From: Epithemia pelagica
Taxonomy: Eukaryota; Protista; Bacillariophyta
Reading direction: 5' to 3'
NCBI GenBank assembly: GCA_946965045.2
Contig: OX337229.1
Span: forward strand, 3,286,001-3,350,000
DNA length: 64,000 bases
The notes under the pieces are model-generated. The model saw nothing but the letters and a program-made list of their open reading frames with translations, was not told the DNA's origin and did not search any database. The number at the start of each line of letters is the position of its first letter. The first letter of the stretch is position 1. Below, one piece after another: positions 42,260 to 53,612 of this stretch. The position numbers were made by a program, and so were the translations under genes.

Positions 42260-43093
42260 ATGACTGGTTGTGCTTCCGATGACAATGCAGGATCTTTTGG
42301 ATTCAGTGCGGATCCTCTTTCAGGGTCCAAATCAGTCCCTCTACCCCGATTCAGTCTGCGGAAAAGGAAACCTTGTCCCGACCGCGGAGCTCTGGGGTTG
42401 CCATCGGTGAGCTCTGCTCTTCTCGATGGTATTTTTGCGGATGTTGCGGAGATCTTGCAATCTGAAGGAACTGAAAGCTCTGGCTCGGATTCTTCTTCCT
42501 CTCCTTCCTCCTGCGAAGAGAGCACATCGTTTATTCAGATGTCTCCCCCGGCTAAGAAAAGTCGCTCGTCTCTGACTCATTCTATCAGCCGCAGCCCCAA
42601 GTCATTCAAGAGTCTTGGTGAGATGTTTTTCCCTTCGAGTCATGAGATCAAGCCAGGTCTTGTTTCGCCCAGCTACACTCCCCCAGATCTGACGCTGCAG
42701 GTCACCGCCGAGTGTAAGACTAAGAAACGAACAGTCGTTTCACAACCGAAGATCTCTGAATTCCCAACCTCTGCTCCCTTGGGGGCTTCTCCGTCTTTCC
42801 CTCACCTTCCTCCAGCTGTAAGCGTGTCTTCCTGCAACACTCTCACCAGAGTGCTATCGGATCTCCAAGATAATGCTATCGAACCCGAAGGAAAAGACAG
42901 CTACGGGTGGTTCATTGAAATGGACAACGCGGAAGAAGAAAAAGAGACGGTTGATCCATACACCAAGAGCTCCAGTTCCAACAACCTTGCCTTCGTAGCC
43001 GCGACTGCTCCGAGCGTTGGTAATCACGACGCTGAAGTTGAATGGGCCAAGGCTGCTGATACTGTGGACTCTGTTCTCGGAGACTTCTTTTGA
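42260..43093 (+). CDS. Hypothetical low-complexity protein with a conserved-looking acidic C-terminal motif
   Basis: Ser/Pro-rich ORF ending YGWFIEMD...DPY...LAF.A.TAP...AEVEWAKAADTVDSVLGDFF, a motif type I recognise from diatom hypothetical proteins. First ATG at 42260. Confidence 0.7.
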   Translation: MTGCASDDNAGSFGFSADPLSGSKSVPLPRFSLRKRKPCPDRGALGLPSVSSALLDGIFADVAEILQSEGTESSGSDSSSSPSSCEESTSFIQMSPPAKKSRSSLTHSISRSPKSFKSLGEMFFPSSHEIKPGLVSPSYTPPDLTLQVTAECKTKKRTVVSQPKISEFPTSAPLGASPSFPHLPPAVSVSSCNTLTRVLSDLQDNAIEPEGKDSYGWFIEMDNAEEEKETVDPYTKSSSSNNLAFVAATAPSVGNHDAEVEWAKAADTVDSVLGDFF

Positions 43094-43798
43094 TCATTTT
43101 GTATGCTACATATTTCTATATTCACGGCTTGCTTGCCTTCCTTCCCTCCCTTTCGCTACCCTTCCTCCACTTTCCTCTTAAACAACCTGAAGAAAAAATC
43201 ACTCAGCTACAATCCAGAAGACAATTGTTAGCATTGTCCCGCTGGAATACCGAGATGGGCAGTTTTTGCTAACTGAACCTCTCACCACACCACTCTAAGA
43301 ATCATATCGGATGTATGCCTCTTGATTCGTGGGTTCTCCCACAGCATTCACCTTTTCCACCCAATTGGCGACTTTTGGTAGACGCTCTAAGATGAAATCT
43401 CATCATTTAGGAAAATTCAGTGAACAATTCTCTGGTCTTTCATGTGTACGTTCATAGCAGCAGCAACAATCTCATCCTCGCCTTTCTCATGAACACGAGG
43501 GTCGTATGAAAATGCAAGTGACCATGCGGTGGATTGCAATCCCTGTTTCCTTGTTTTCCGTTCAAGCGTTGTTCACCAAGCTTCGTCCTCGAAACCTTCG
43601 GTCGTAAATTCCGCTGCTCGGGTTTGGGCATGACTTTGTCCAACATTGAATGTTTTTGAACATCCTAGCACAAACAACCATGCGGAATCGTTTCCTCTCT
43701 CATTCAATCCGTTGCCGTGTTTGGGGGTTTGCTAGATCGAGTTGAGCCGTACAGTCGCGCAATCGTTTTACGGAAAGCCTCACACACACAGCGTTTGG

Positions 43799-45187
43799 TC
43801 ATGGACGACGCGTTTTCTTGTTGGATTGTGTGGCGAGTTGTCCACAGGCGGCACTTTCGTCGTCCCCCCGTGTGGTTCGAATGTAGGATCGTATTCCACA
43901 ATTGACCAAGGTTGTTTGAAAGGCCCGCACGCGATCCGGTGAGGGTGGTCGATACATCTGAGCGGGTCCACTGGAGGCGGAAATATCGTTCCAGGGAATC
44001 AAATTCACTACAACCTTACCATGGGGGACTCGTTGACGAATGGGCCCACAAAAGTCGGCCAGGTGCTCCGCATCGGCCACCGAGTCATTGATTCCATCCA
44101 GCAACGTCACTTCCAGTAGAATCGATTGTTGTTTCCGTGGTCTTGTTTGCAAGGTTTGAATGAGACTTTCCCGAAGTTCCACCATGGTATGTTGTGTCGT
44201 CGGAACCAGTTGCTTCCGAATCTCATTTCGACTCGAATGGACGCTCCAGGCCAAGACGACAGGTGCCTGACCCAAAATGGCAAATGTGTTTGGATGGGGA
44301 GCGACTGTGGATATAGTCACTCGACGTGGCGCAAATTGATATTGTTCGGAATCGACCAACACCTTGGCAACTGTCAAAACGGCAGGGGCATTGTCAGCCG
44401 GTTCCCCCATACCCATAAAGACAATATTGTCAATCGGGAATAGCGTATTGTTCTGACTTTTGTGTTCAGTCTTGTCGCCATGAACTCCTCGTGGACGGGT
44501 AATGGCCATGGCATGAAAGACTTGTGCCAAAATTTCGTCGGCCGACAGAGACCGAAGTTTGCCCATGCGTCCCGTCATGCAAAAGGTGCAACCTTGTCGA
44601 CATCCAACTTGAGAGGAAATACAGAGCGTACTTGTTTGACGATCCTCCCAGGGAATAATGACAGTTTCAACTTGTAATCCATCCTGTTGAAGGGACAGCA
44701 AGAGTTTGGTGGTCCCATCGCGTGCCACTTGAACCCTCGTCACGTTGGATATCGAATCGTGAATGCTGGCAAAGCTTGCGGTATACCGGTCATGGGCACG
44801 TGATCCGCACAAAGTCTGGAGTTCCTCCATTGGATCCACACCACGCCGGAGGCACTTCCACACCATCTTGGCTCGACCTCTTCCACCCAACACCAAGGAC
44901 AGCGTGTCCATGTCGAGCGAAAGTGGAGACAACCATGATGACGATGATGATGAAGACGACGACGACGTGTCGTGAGACTCCTGGACAAAGTCCCCTTCTC
45001 GGGACGAAGCTGTACATGGCAATGCCAATGAGGGGATCCATGGGACCGTAGTCTCGTGGAATTTGAATAAAGTCTTCCAATGGCCAAACCTAGTCGTTCC
45101 ACAAAACGTGACCCACCCAGAACACGTCGTCTTCGACAAGGCCCACCAGAGAGGGCCGTACACAACAACAAGGTAGGTCCAGCGCAT
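43799..45187 (-). CDS. rlmN: RlmN/Cfr-family radical SAM RNA methyltransferase, probably organellar
   Basis: CISSQVGCRQGCTFC (CxxxCxxC), VFMGMGEP, VNLIPWN and RGDDESAACGQL. The start ATG is ambiguous (45187 chosen). Confidence 0.88.
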   Translation of the reverse strand: MRWTYLVVVYGPLWWALSKTTCSGWVTFCGTTRFGHWKTLFKFHETTVPWIPSLALPCTASSREGDFVQESHDTSSSSSSSSSSWLSPLSLDMDTLSLVLGGRGRAKMVWKCLRRGVDPMEELQTLCGSRAHDRYTASFASIHDSISNVTRVQVARDGTTKLLLSLQQDGLQVETVIIPWEDRQTSTLCISSQVGCRQGCTFCMTGRMGKLRSLSADEILAQVFHAMAITRPRGVHGDKTEHKSQNNTLFPIDNIVFMGMGEPADNAPAVLTVAKVLVDSEQYQFAPRRVTISTVAPHPNTFAILGQAPVVLAWSVHSSRNEIRKQLVPTTQHTMVELRESLIQTLQTRPRKQQSILLEVTLLDGINDSVADAEHLADFCGPIRQRVPHGKVVVNLIPWNDISASSGPAQMYRPPSPDRVRAFQTTLVNCGIRSYIRTTRGDDESAACGQLATQSNKKTRRP

Positions 45188-45636
45188 CAAGGAGGAATGA
45201 GAAGACAAGGTCAAGACGATCGATCCTTTGCTTGCAATAGTGGATGTCAAACGAATGACACCGAAATGGTATCTTTGCCAATGACCGCGTGTCTTTGGCA
45301 GGTTCTTGGTTGCCGCAGATGAAGTTCTTCTGAAAAAATTCCGAACTCGGAGGGAGAAGAGCTCAGTCGCTGATCGACACGGGGCCATACGGAGGACAGA
45401 CTAGCGCGACTGGACAGGCGGTGGACAGACGGGAAGACATGCGACTGGCAGCGATCGTCACGTGGAACCAAGGATGAATGGAGAGTGACGAAACTTCAAA
45501 CCCATCAACATCACCCAGATCGAGAACAAGGGATCAAGGCGACCATTGCGAGGCATCTCTCTACTGTCTTCGCAGACCCCACGAGCACTTCTTCGTTCAT
45601 TGTCCAGATCCTAACACACTCTCATTTCATTACATA

Positions 45637-48443
45637 ATGAGCGGATCGCGACTGGTCCAATCCGTTGCGTCGAGACTCGCAATAGCATCCCTTTGCGTTC
45701 TCTTGCTAGTGGCCTCCTGGATACCCACCTCCACAGGTGCTTCTCCTCATGTGCAAGTAGGGCATCCAACGTTGGGCTGGGGAATGCATGTGGTGGACCT
45801 CTTGCGAGGTGGATCGACCGGTAGGTAGATCTTGTGTACATGGACGGAGGACTGCATGGAGATGAACGCCTCTCTCTCATTATCGTTTGTTGTTTTGGAG
45901 CAGCAGTAGACGAGGAGGAAACAACGAAACCCAAAAAGAAGAAAAAGAAAAAGGCCTCCAAACCTAAAAAGGAGGCTCCTGCCAAGAGCGATGCGGATAG
46001 TGATTTATCCATGGCTATTTTAGGAGGTTCGGCGGGTCGAAATACACTTGAGGTGTTTTCCTACGAGAGCGACGAAGGCCACTCTGTCGTGTGCCTGACG
46101 GAGGATGCCATGGAAGAAATGGGTTTGTTTGAAGGAGATACGGTCTCCATTAAAGGAAAACGTGGTAAGAAAACTGTGGCCAGTATAGCCTTGATTGATG
46201 CGTCCGATGCGAGTACTTTGATGGATGGATCCGGAAAGGCCCTGTCCAAATTGGGCATGACCCCCGATGCCATGAAGAATGCCGGTGTTCGAGCGGGTGA
46301 TACCGTCACCTTGGTACCTGCTCCCAATGTCAAGTTTGGAAAGGCCGTTCTCATTCTTCCATATGAGGATTCCCTCTCGCAAGCCGGTGTGGACAAGATG
46401 GAAGACGCCAATCTCTTTGACGATTACATCAAACCTTACTTCGAAGGAAAATTTAGGTCGATTCATCGTGGTGATTCCTTTACGATTGATGGACCCTTAG
46501 GAAAGCTCGAGTTCCAGTGCGTTGATATCGATTCTGTGGAAGAAGATGGAGACTCGGCTTGCGTTGTGGTCGACGATACCGAGATTGAATGCGAAGGCGA
46601 ACCTGTAGACCGGGACGATGCCGATGACCTAGAGGGTGCTGGCTACGACATGATTGGAGGAGCCGCCAAGCACTTGGCAGCAGTACGAGAGTTGGTCGAA
46701 TTGCCTCTTCGACATCCAGAACTCTGGCGGAAACTTGGTATCAATCCACCTCGAGGTGTGTTGCTGACAGGACCTTCTGGATCCGGAAAGACAGCAATGG
46801 CACGGGCCGTTGCTGCCGAAACGGGGGCGTACTTCTTTGTTATCAATGGACCCGAAGTCATCTCCAAGAGAGCAGGAGAAAGTGAAACAAACTTGCGGCG
46901 TGCCTTTGAAGATGCCGAGTCAAATGCGGACGACTACAATGGGGCAATCATCTTTATTGACGAGATTGACTCCATTGCACCCAAACGTGAAAAGGCCGGA
47001 GGTGAAGTTGAAAAGCGTATCGTTTCCCAGCTTCTCACTCTCATGGATGGACTGAAGCCGACGTCCAAGGTTGTAGTAATTGCTGCGACAAATCGCCCAG
47101 GTGTCATTGAACCCGCTCTTCGTCGGCCAGGACGATTTGATCGAGAGCTTGATATGGGCATTCCCGATGAAAAGGGACGACTGGAAATTCTCCAGATCAA
47201 AACTCGAGATATGAGACTTGGCTCAGACGTTGATTTGGACTTGCTTGCTCGCAATACGCACGGTTATGTGGGAGCTGATATTCAACAACTTTGTATGGAA
47301 GCGGCACTTGAATGCATTCGAAGCAAGATGGGCCTTATTGATTTTGACAAGGACAAGGTTGATAAGAAGATATTGGACAGCATCATTGTCGAACAAAAGC
47401 ATTTTGACCATGCCATGGGGATCGTCGCTCCATCCTCTCTTCGAGAGAATCAGGTGGAGGTGCCTGACGTCCATTGGGACGACGTTGGAGGTCTTGAAGA
47501 TGTGAAACGGGAACTCCACGAAACCGTACAATACCCAGTGGAACACGCTGATAAATATGTCAAGTTTGGAATGAGTCCGAGTAAGGGTGTGCTTTTCTAT
47601 GGCCCTCCAGGATGTGGAAAGACACTTTTGGCGAAAGCCATTGCGAACGAATGTGGGGCCAATTTCATCAGCATCAAGGGACCAGAATTGTTGACACAGT
47701 GGTTTGGTGAGAGTGAGGCTAATGTAAGGGAATTGTTTGACAAAGCTCGCGCTGCCAGTCCATGCATTCTGATGTTTGATGAAATGGACTCTATAGCCAA
47801 AACACGTGGAAGTGGTGGACCAGGTAGCAGCGAAGCTGGGGATCGTGTGATCAACCAGATCCTGACCGAAATCGACGGTGTCGGGGCGAGAAAAAATGTC
47901 TTTGTGATTGGAGCGACAAATCGTCCTGACATCTTGGATCCCGCTGTTATTCGGCCTGGTCGACTTGACCAACTGATCTACATTCCTTTACCTGACTTGA
48001 AGAGTAGAATTGCTATTTTCAAGGCGCAACTTCGAAAAGCCCCAATCGATCCAGAAGTTGATGTCGAAGTTCTCGCAAGATCGACACAAGGGTTTAGTGG
48101 AGCTGATATTGCAGAAATTTGCACTACTGCGTCAAAGTTGGCCATTCGCGAGGCCATTCTAGCCACAGAGGAACGACTGCAGAAAATTGAGAGCGGTGAG
48201 CTCAGCGCTGACGAATCAACGGAAGTGAGCGACAAAATGATCATAACCAAGAAACACTTCAATTTTGCCATGAGTCGAGCGCGAAGAAGTGTGAGTGAAA
48301 AGGATCTTGCGTTGTTTGAGGAATTTGCGGAGAAGCAAAAGGCAGGACGAGGAGAGGGCGTCAACAACTTTTCATTTGACGATAGTGCACAGTCTACCGA
48401 AGAGGGGGAAGAAGGCAGTATAGAAGAAGATCTCTATGCGTAG
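45637..48443 (+). CDS. CDC48: Cdc48/p97 AAA+ ATPase with signal peptide plus transit-like region; likely the periplastid SELMA sCdc48
   Basis: Exon 1 45637-45820 encodes a hydrophobic signal (LAIASLCVLLLVASW) and LLRGG. Intron 45821-45903. Two AAA modules: GPSGSGKT/FIDEID and GPPGCGKT/FDEMD. Confidence 0.85.
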
Positions 48444-48835
48444 AGTAAAATCGAAGAGTCCGCTTTAATAGCTCTTGAATACGATAGCAGTATTATACAT
48501 TGGTGGCGTAAAACGACATATGGCAGGATGGACTTTGTTTTTTTTTTCATGCCCTTATTCATGACATTACGGATAGAAGACAGAGAGGCACTCTTTCAGA
48601 GGCGAAATGGCATCTAAACTACACCTATGCTCTGATTTTTGTACCGCTAAGGAAACCGATAGGTTGTGTGGTGCGAATTTTCTCGACTCGATCTCGAAAG
48701 ATGCGCGGGAATGACACAAGGTCGTTGATTGTTGATTGCTTCCCGTTTCCCGTTTGCTGATTGACGTGTTCTGTTTTTCATTCTTCTCAAAAGCAACGAG
48801 TTAAACCAAAGACTTGGTCGTTATACCAGTGCACC

Positions 48836-49780
48836 ATGTCAACACCAGCAGCCCAAACGACCGAGGACGATCGTCCAATCGTCATTTATGCCATGCCTGG
48901 ATCTCAATTTACGGCCAAGGTCTTGGCGGCATTGCAAGCCCGAAAAATGAATCACTACATCTATTTTGTTCCTCTGGATCTGAAGGAACGTAAGAAGACG
49001 ATTCCTTCCGGTGGCACCATGGTTCCAGAAATGCAGGTTGGTAAACGTGATGGTGCGACGATTGTGTCAGGCAGCGAAGCCATTTTGGAGTGGCTGCATG
49101 AACACAAGCCCGAGGCGAATTTCTACCCGGTCATGCCTGATTGTAGTGACGTTTCGGTACGAGCCAGTGACAAGAAATTGGCAGGTTTAGTATGGTACTA
49201 CAACTGGGTAAATGGTGAAGGATTCAACAACAGCATGAGAAAATTTGTTAGGAAGCAAGCTATTCCAAAGTAAGTCTAACCTTGTGACATCGGCTCACAA
49301 CAACATCTCATCATCACGTTCTTCAACTCTCGTGACAGGTCACTGTCTTGGTTGGTACCCAACATTGCCATCCAGTTCTTGGTATCTTCCTATCGTACAA
49401 AATTTCGAGAACAAGCTGCCAAAGCAATAGAAGTCGACCCGAAAGAATTGGACAATGATGACGCTATGCGGAAAATTCTAGTTGACGAGCTCCTCTATTT
49501 TCAGTCCCTCTTAAAGAAGGACGCATCGCAGCAGCCATACTTGATTGAAGGAACATCACAACCAACAGCTGCAGACTTTTCTGTGTACGCGCAACTGGAA
49601 CGTTTGGTGGGGGATGGAACTGCTTCGGACGTCTACATTGATCCTGCCATACAGTCCTTTAAGGATGAATCGAAAGAGAAAGATGACATCAACCGCTTGT
49701 GGGAATGGTACGACCACATGCGAGCTACGTGCCCCGTCCAATTCAAAGGCCATCGCCCGCCTAAAGATATTATCGAGTAG
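48836..49780 (+). CDS. Glutathione S-transferase-like protein (glutaredoxin-like N domain plus GST C domain, PTGES2/metaxin-like)
   Basis: YAMPGSQFTAKV, MVPEM, SGSEAILEWL and PTAADFSVYAQL. Intron 49270-49338 joins the two ORFs in frame. Confidence 0.7.
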
Positions 49781-50168
49781 ATGGTAGTGTATCCTCATAA
49801 AACTTCGCGATCAGAAGTATATCATTCATACACCCTTGTCCTTGTTCTATATGAATTTATTGTCAAGTGCTTGCGCACGTTAGCTGGGGCAGGGCTGGTT
49901 CACCATTGATCATTGAGCATACGAGTAGACTACCCGTTTACAAATAAATCTCAGAAGTTGCGCGATCAGCGCGACTGCGACGGTCGAAAACATGCGACTG
50001 GGGTGACAGCCGTCGACACGAACCAAAGACAGCAGATGTTCTTATTCGTAGAAGGTGTAGATCTTAGTCCATCAAGTTTTCTTCAAAGCGAACCTTGTCT
50101 CTTGTCTGTGTTCTGTGGATGATCCCAGAATCATCCCGGTCGAAAGAACATCACTGCAAGGAACAACA

Positions 50169-52132
50169 ATGAGGATTATAAGGCTCCCAGCGGAAGCTTA
50201 CTTCGGACGCCTATGTAGTGCGAAAAGGGTCAGGGTTGTCGTGGGTTCTCCTGGTTTGGCAAGATGGAAGACCGCCCAACGACATTTTTCGAATTCAACG
50301 GTTCTCTCCAAGGCGAAGAGTAACATGGCTATCATGGAGAATTACCACGATTCTTTCTCCACAGATCAAGCTCATCGACATCGGCGTCGAGATGTGGAAG
50401 ACCCAGTCATGAACGGTGGATCCATTGGCGACAATGAGCCATTGTCCGAGCACAGTAGCGGTGGTGAAAGATGGGCACTTTTTGACGGCAAGATTTCAGT
50501 CCTTCAGCAGCAGTCCAACGAGTTGCAAAATCCGTCGACCAAGGCTGTACCTAGCGAATTGCCACGAAAGTTTGATGGAACAGACGCGAAACACTCAATC
50601 ACACCAGTCGATACTTACTATGGAACTGTCCCACGAACATCCTTGCTGATGCAACTGACTGACCGGGTTGGGATTCTTCACGATGTGCTAAGGTGGTTTT
50701 GGAAGTTTGATGTTAATATTTGTCGCATTGAGTCGCGTCCTGTGAGTTTTCTCCTGGGTTTTAAGGTCGACTTCGTGCTGGTCGTTCTAACGAAATTCCG
50801 TTCTTTGCTTTTCAGGTTAGTGTTGGAACACCGACAGGACAACTTCGAACGTTCGACTTTTTTGTGGATATGGAAGGGAGCCCATCAGATGCGAATGTCG
50901 CTCGTCTTTTGGCAGCCTTGCGTACCATGACTGACAAGCTCCTCGTGCTCGATGAGAAGGAAGTGAATTGGTTCCCTCGTCACATTTCGGAACTAGACTT
51001 CGTCGCGAACCGTACATTGAATGCAGGCGTGGATTTAATTTCGGAAGATCATCCTGGTTTCCATGATCCGGTCTACCGTGAACGGCGTGCCCTATTGACT
51101 GAAACTGCCTTGAATCATCGCTGGGACCAACCCATTCCTTCAATTGACTACACCGAGGATGAAGTCAGTGTATGGTCGGCTGTATGGGATCGAATGGAAG
51201 ATTTGTGGCAAAAGTATGCATGCGCAGAATACTTGCGCGCTCTGGATCTAATGAAACAGCACTGCGGCTATCGACGTGATAACATACCTCAGCAAGAAGA
51301 TATTTCGCGATTTCTGTTGAGCCGCTCTGGTTTTCGAATGCGTCCAGTGGCTGGCTTGCTTTCAAGTCGAGACTTTCTGAATGGATTGGCATTCCGCGTG
51401 TTCTTTTCAACTCAGTATATTCGTCATTCGAGTCGACCTCTGTATACGTAAGTGAAAGACAAGGTCCACCGAGAGATAGTGAAGCGTATAATACTCACCT
51501 CGTTTCCGTGTTGTAGTCCAGAGCCGGACATATGTCATGAACTGCTTGGGCATGCTCCCATGCTTGCGGATCGTTCCTTTGCTGATTTCTCGCAGGAAAT
51601 TGGCCTAGCATCTTTGGGGGCTTCGGATGACGATATTGACCGCTTAGCTCATTGCTACTGGCATTCTGTTGAGTTTGGGCTCTGCAAGGAATACGAGGAT
51701 GGCCAAGTCAAGCGAAAAGCCTATGGAGCTGGGTTACTTTCATCCTTTGGAGAACTGGAATATGCATGCAATCCCGAGAAAACAGCCGAGTCGAAGGAAC
51801 TGGAACAGGATCCACCGGAAATTAAGCCTTGGGACCCCAACGTGGCTTCACGACAAGGTTAGTGTCAGAGAGGTAGTCATTATTTGTGATTTGATCGCCA
51901 TCGTGCCTCTTACCTTTGTTGCATTGTTCTCGCAGCTTTCCCAATTACTACGTATCAACCGATTTATTTCATGGCAGAATCCTTGGAAGATGCAAAGCAC
52001 AAAATGCGTCATTTTTGTGAAGAGCTGCCTCGACCTTTCTTTGCGTTGCACAATGCTCAAACGGATACAGTTCACATTGACCGACCTGTCGTCAGAACTA
52101 AAGGGCTTCCTGATTCACTCGCTGAAAAATGA
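50169..52132 (+). CDS. PAH: Phenylalanine 4-hydroxylase (biopterin-dependent aromatic amino acid hydroxylase) with ACT domain
   Basis: ACT motif [43 protein letters not shown]|[12 protein letters not shown] and SVEFGLC. Introns 50742-50815, 51448-51516 and 51858-51935 all join in frame. Confidence 0.93.
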
Positions 52133-52287
52133 GACGTTCCACAATGCAATGAGCACCTTTATTCTTGTCAGCTTCTACTCCTAATATTGATGCACCTTTG
52201 ATCTATGAGATTGATTTATGAAACCTTAGCTGGATATATCCGTAGTGAATGTTGACGGACCCGTGACAAGAACTTGTCACTGCCACC

Positions 52288-53316
52288 TTAGCCAAACAAG
52301 TCGTCAAAGAAGTCACCTGCTTTCTGTTTCCTCCTCTTTTTGTTACGGTCCTTGCTTTTAACATCCTTTTTGGCGTTTGGACGTTTCTGCTTCTTCTTTT
52401 GCAATTTCTGCCACTCCTTGACACTAGTCTCGTTATCGACGTAGAGCTCATCCACTCTTTCACCCACATCGTTGTCAAAGACAACCTTGTCTGTTTTCTC
52501 TGATAAAAGTCCCGCTTCCGTCAAAATGTTATCAGTAGCTTCATTTGTCTTCACATTATTCGAAGAAGTCTCATCTCCAAGATGACTTTGTTCTTTTTTT
52601 GGAAAGGTGGAAGGATTAAGTGCCCCAGGTTTCGAAAGTGACTCCAATGAAATGGGTATGCCTAGACTTTGCAGAATTTGTTGCCCTCTATCGGATATTT
52701 GTGAATGTGCGAGTGTACTATCCGTGCGTTGATTGCAGTTGCTGTCCTCATGCATAAATTCTGCCGCTATCCCAAGGTTTTGATGCATTTGAGACCTCAA
52801 GGCCTTTACCAACGTCCAAAATCGCGCCGCCAAAGCGAACGCAGTGATATTGAATGGCACAAAAAATCCCCGGCTCAATTCGTTCACCAGAGGCTCCACA
52901 CATGACTCCAATCTAGACAGCAATTCATTGGATGTGAAGGTGGACCATTGGATAAGATTCTTTTCCTCTGCATTATCTGCGTGATCTTTCTCCAAGGACC
53001 ACATTTCCGTTCTGCGAGCAAAGCTTTTTCGGGAGGATTTGGATCTCTCAGAAGAATCACACCATCTGACGAGGCGAGGGTACACTTCCGTAACATTGCA
53101 CCGTTTCAAGGCTGCAAACGCCATGCGTAAACGCTGGTAATACGCGGCTTTTCCGTGGGTGACTCGATGACGTCGTAACAATGCGTCACATACAGCATAT
53201 TCCGTTTGAAGGAGCGCTTGATAGTGATCTCCAAAAGTCAGTCTTTGTTTGTGCGATGAATCATCATCCGTTGATGATACCTCTGTCGATCGCCGCTTAT
53301 GGCGCTTCGACGACAT
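52288..53316 (-). CDS. Hypothetical nucleolar-type protein, possibly NEPRO/Rmp1 (RNase MRP subunit)-like
   Basis: N-terminal E..V...L..RH...H....YYQRLR and FF.P....A..ARFW.L pattern, with a Lys-rich C-terminus ending DFFDDLFG. Confidence 0.45.
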   Translation of the reverse strand: MSSKRHKRRSTEVSSTDDDSSHKQRLTFGDHYQALLQTEYAVCDALLRRHRVTHGKAAYYQRLRMAFAALKRCNVTEVYPRLVRWCDSSERSKSSRKSFARRTEMWSLEKDHADNAEEKNLIQWSTFTSNELLSRLESCVEPLVNELSRGFFVPFNITAFALAARFWTLVKALRSQMHQNLGIAAEFMHEDSNCNQRTDSTLAHSQISDRGQQILQSLGIPISLESLSKPGALNPSTFPKKEQSHLGDETSSNNVKTNEATDNILTEAGLLSEKTDKVVFDNDVGERVDELYVDNETSVKEWQKLQKKKQKRPNAKKDVKSKDRNKKRRKQKAGDFFDDLFG

Positions 53317-53612
53317 GGTGCATCATGCATCATTGATCATGGATCTGATATGGAGGAACAGGCGAGACTCTCGGCAGCAAGACACAGAATTCGAACTTGC
53401 AAATTTTGGGTGGCTTGTGTGACATGTGACATCCCCCACGCAAAAATTCAAATTTGGGGGAGCCTTCCACCTTCCACGCCGACCGTCCTGCGACACCAAC
53501 AATGCAGTCCCGTAGCTTATCGCGATCACATATCACATTATCAGGCGCTCACATTTTTTGGAAGGAATCGCAAACGGAATGATCGATAGATTCGAGGAGT
53601 ACCTAGGAAGAG

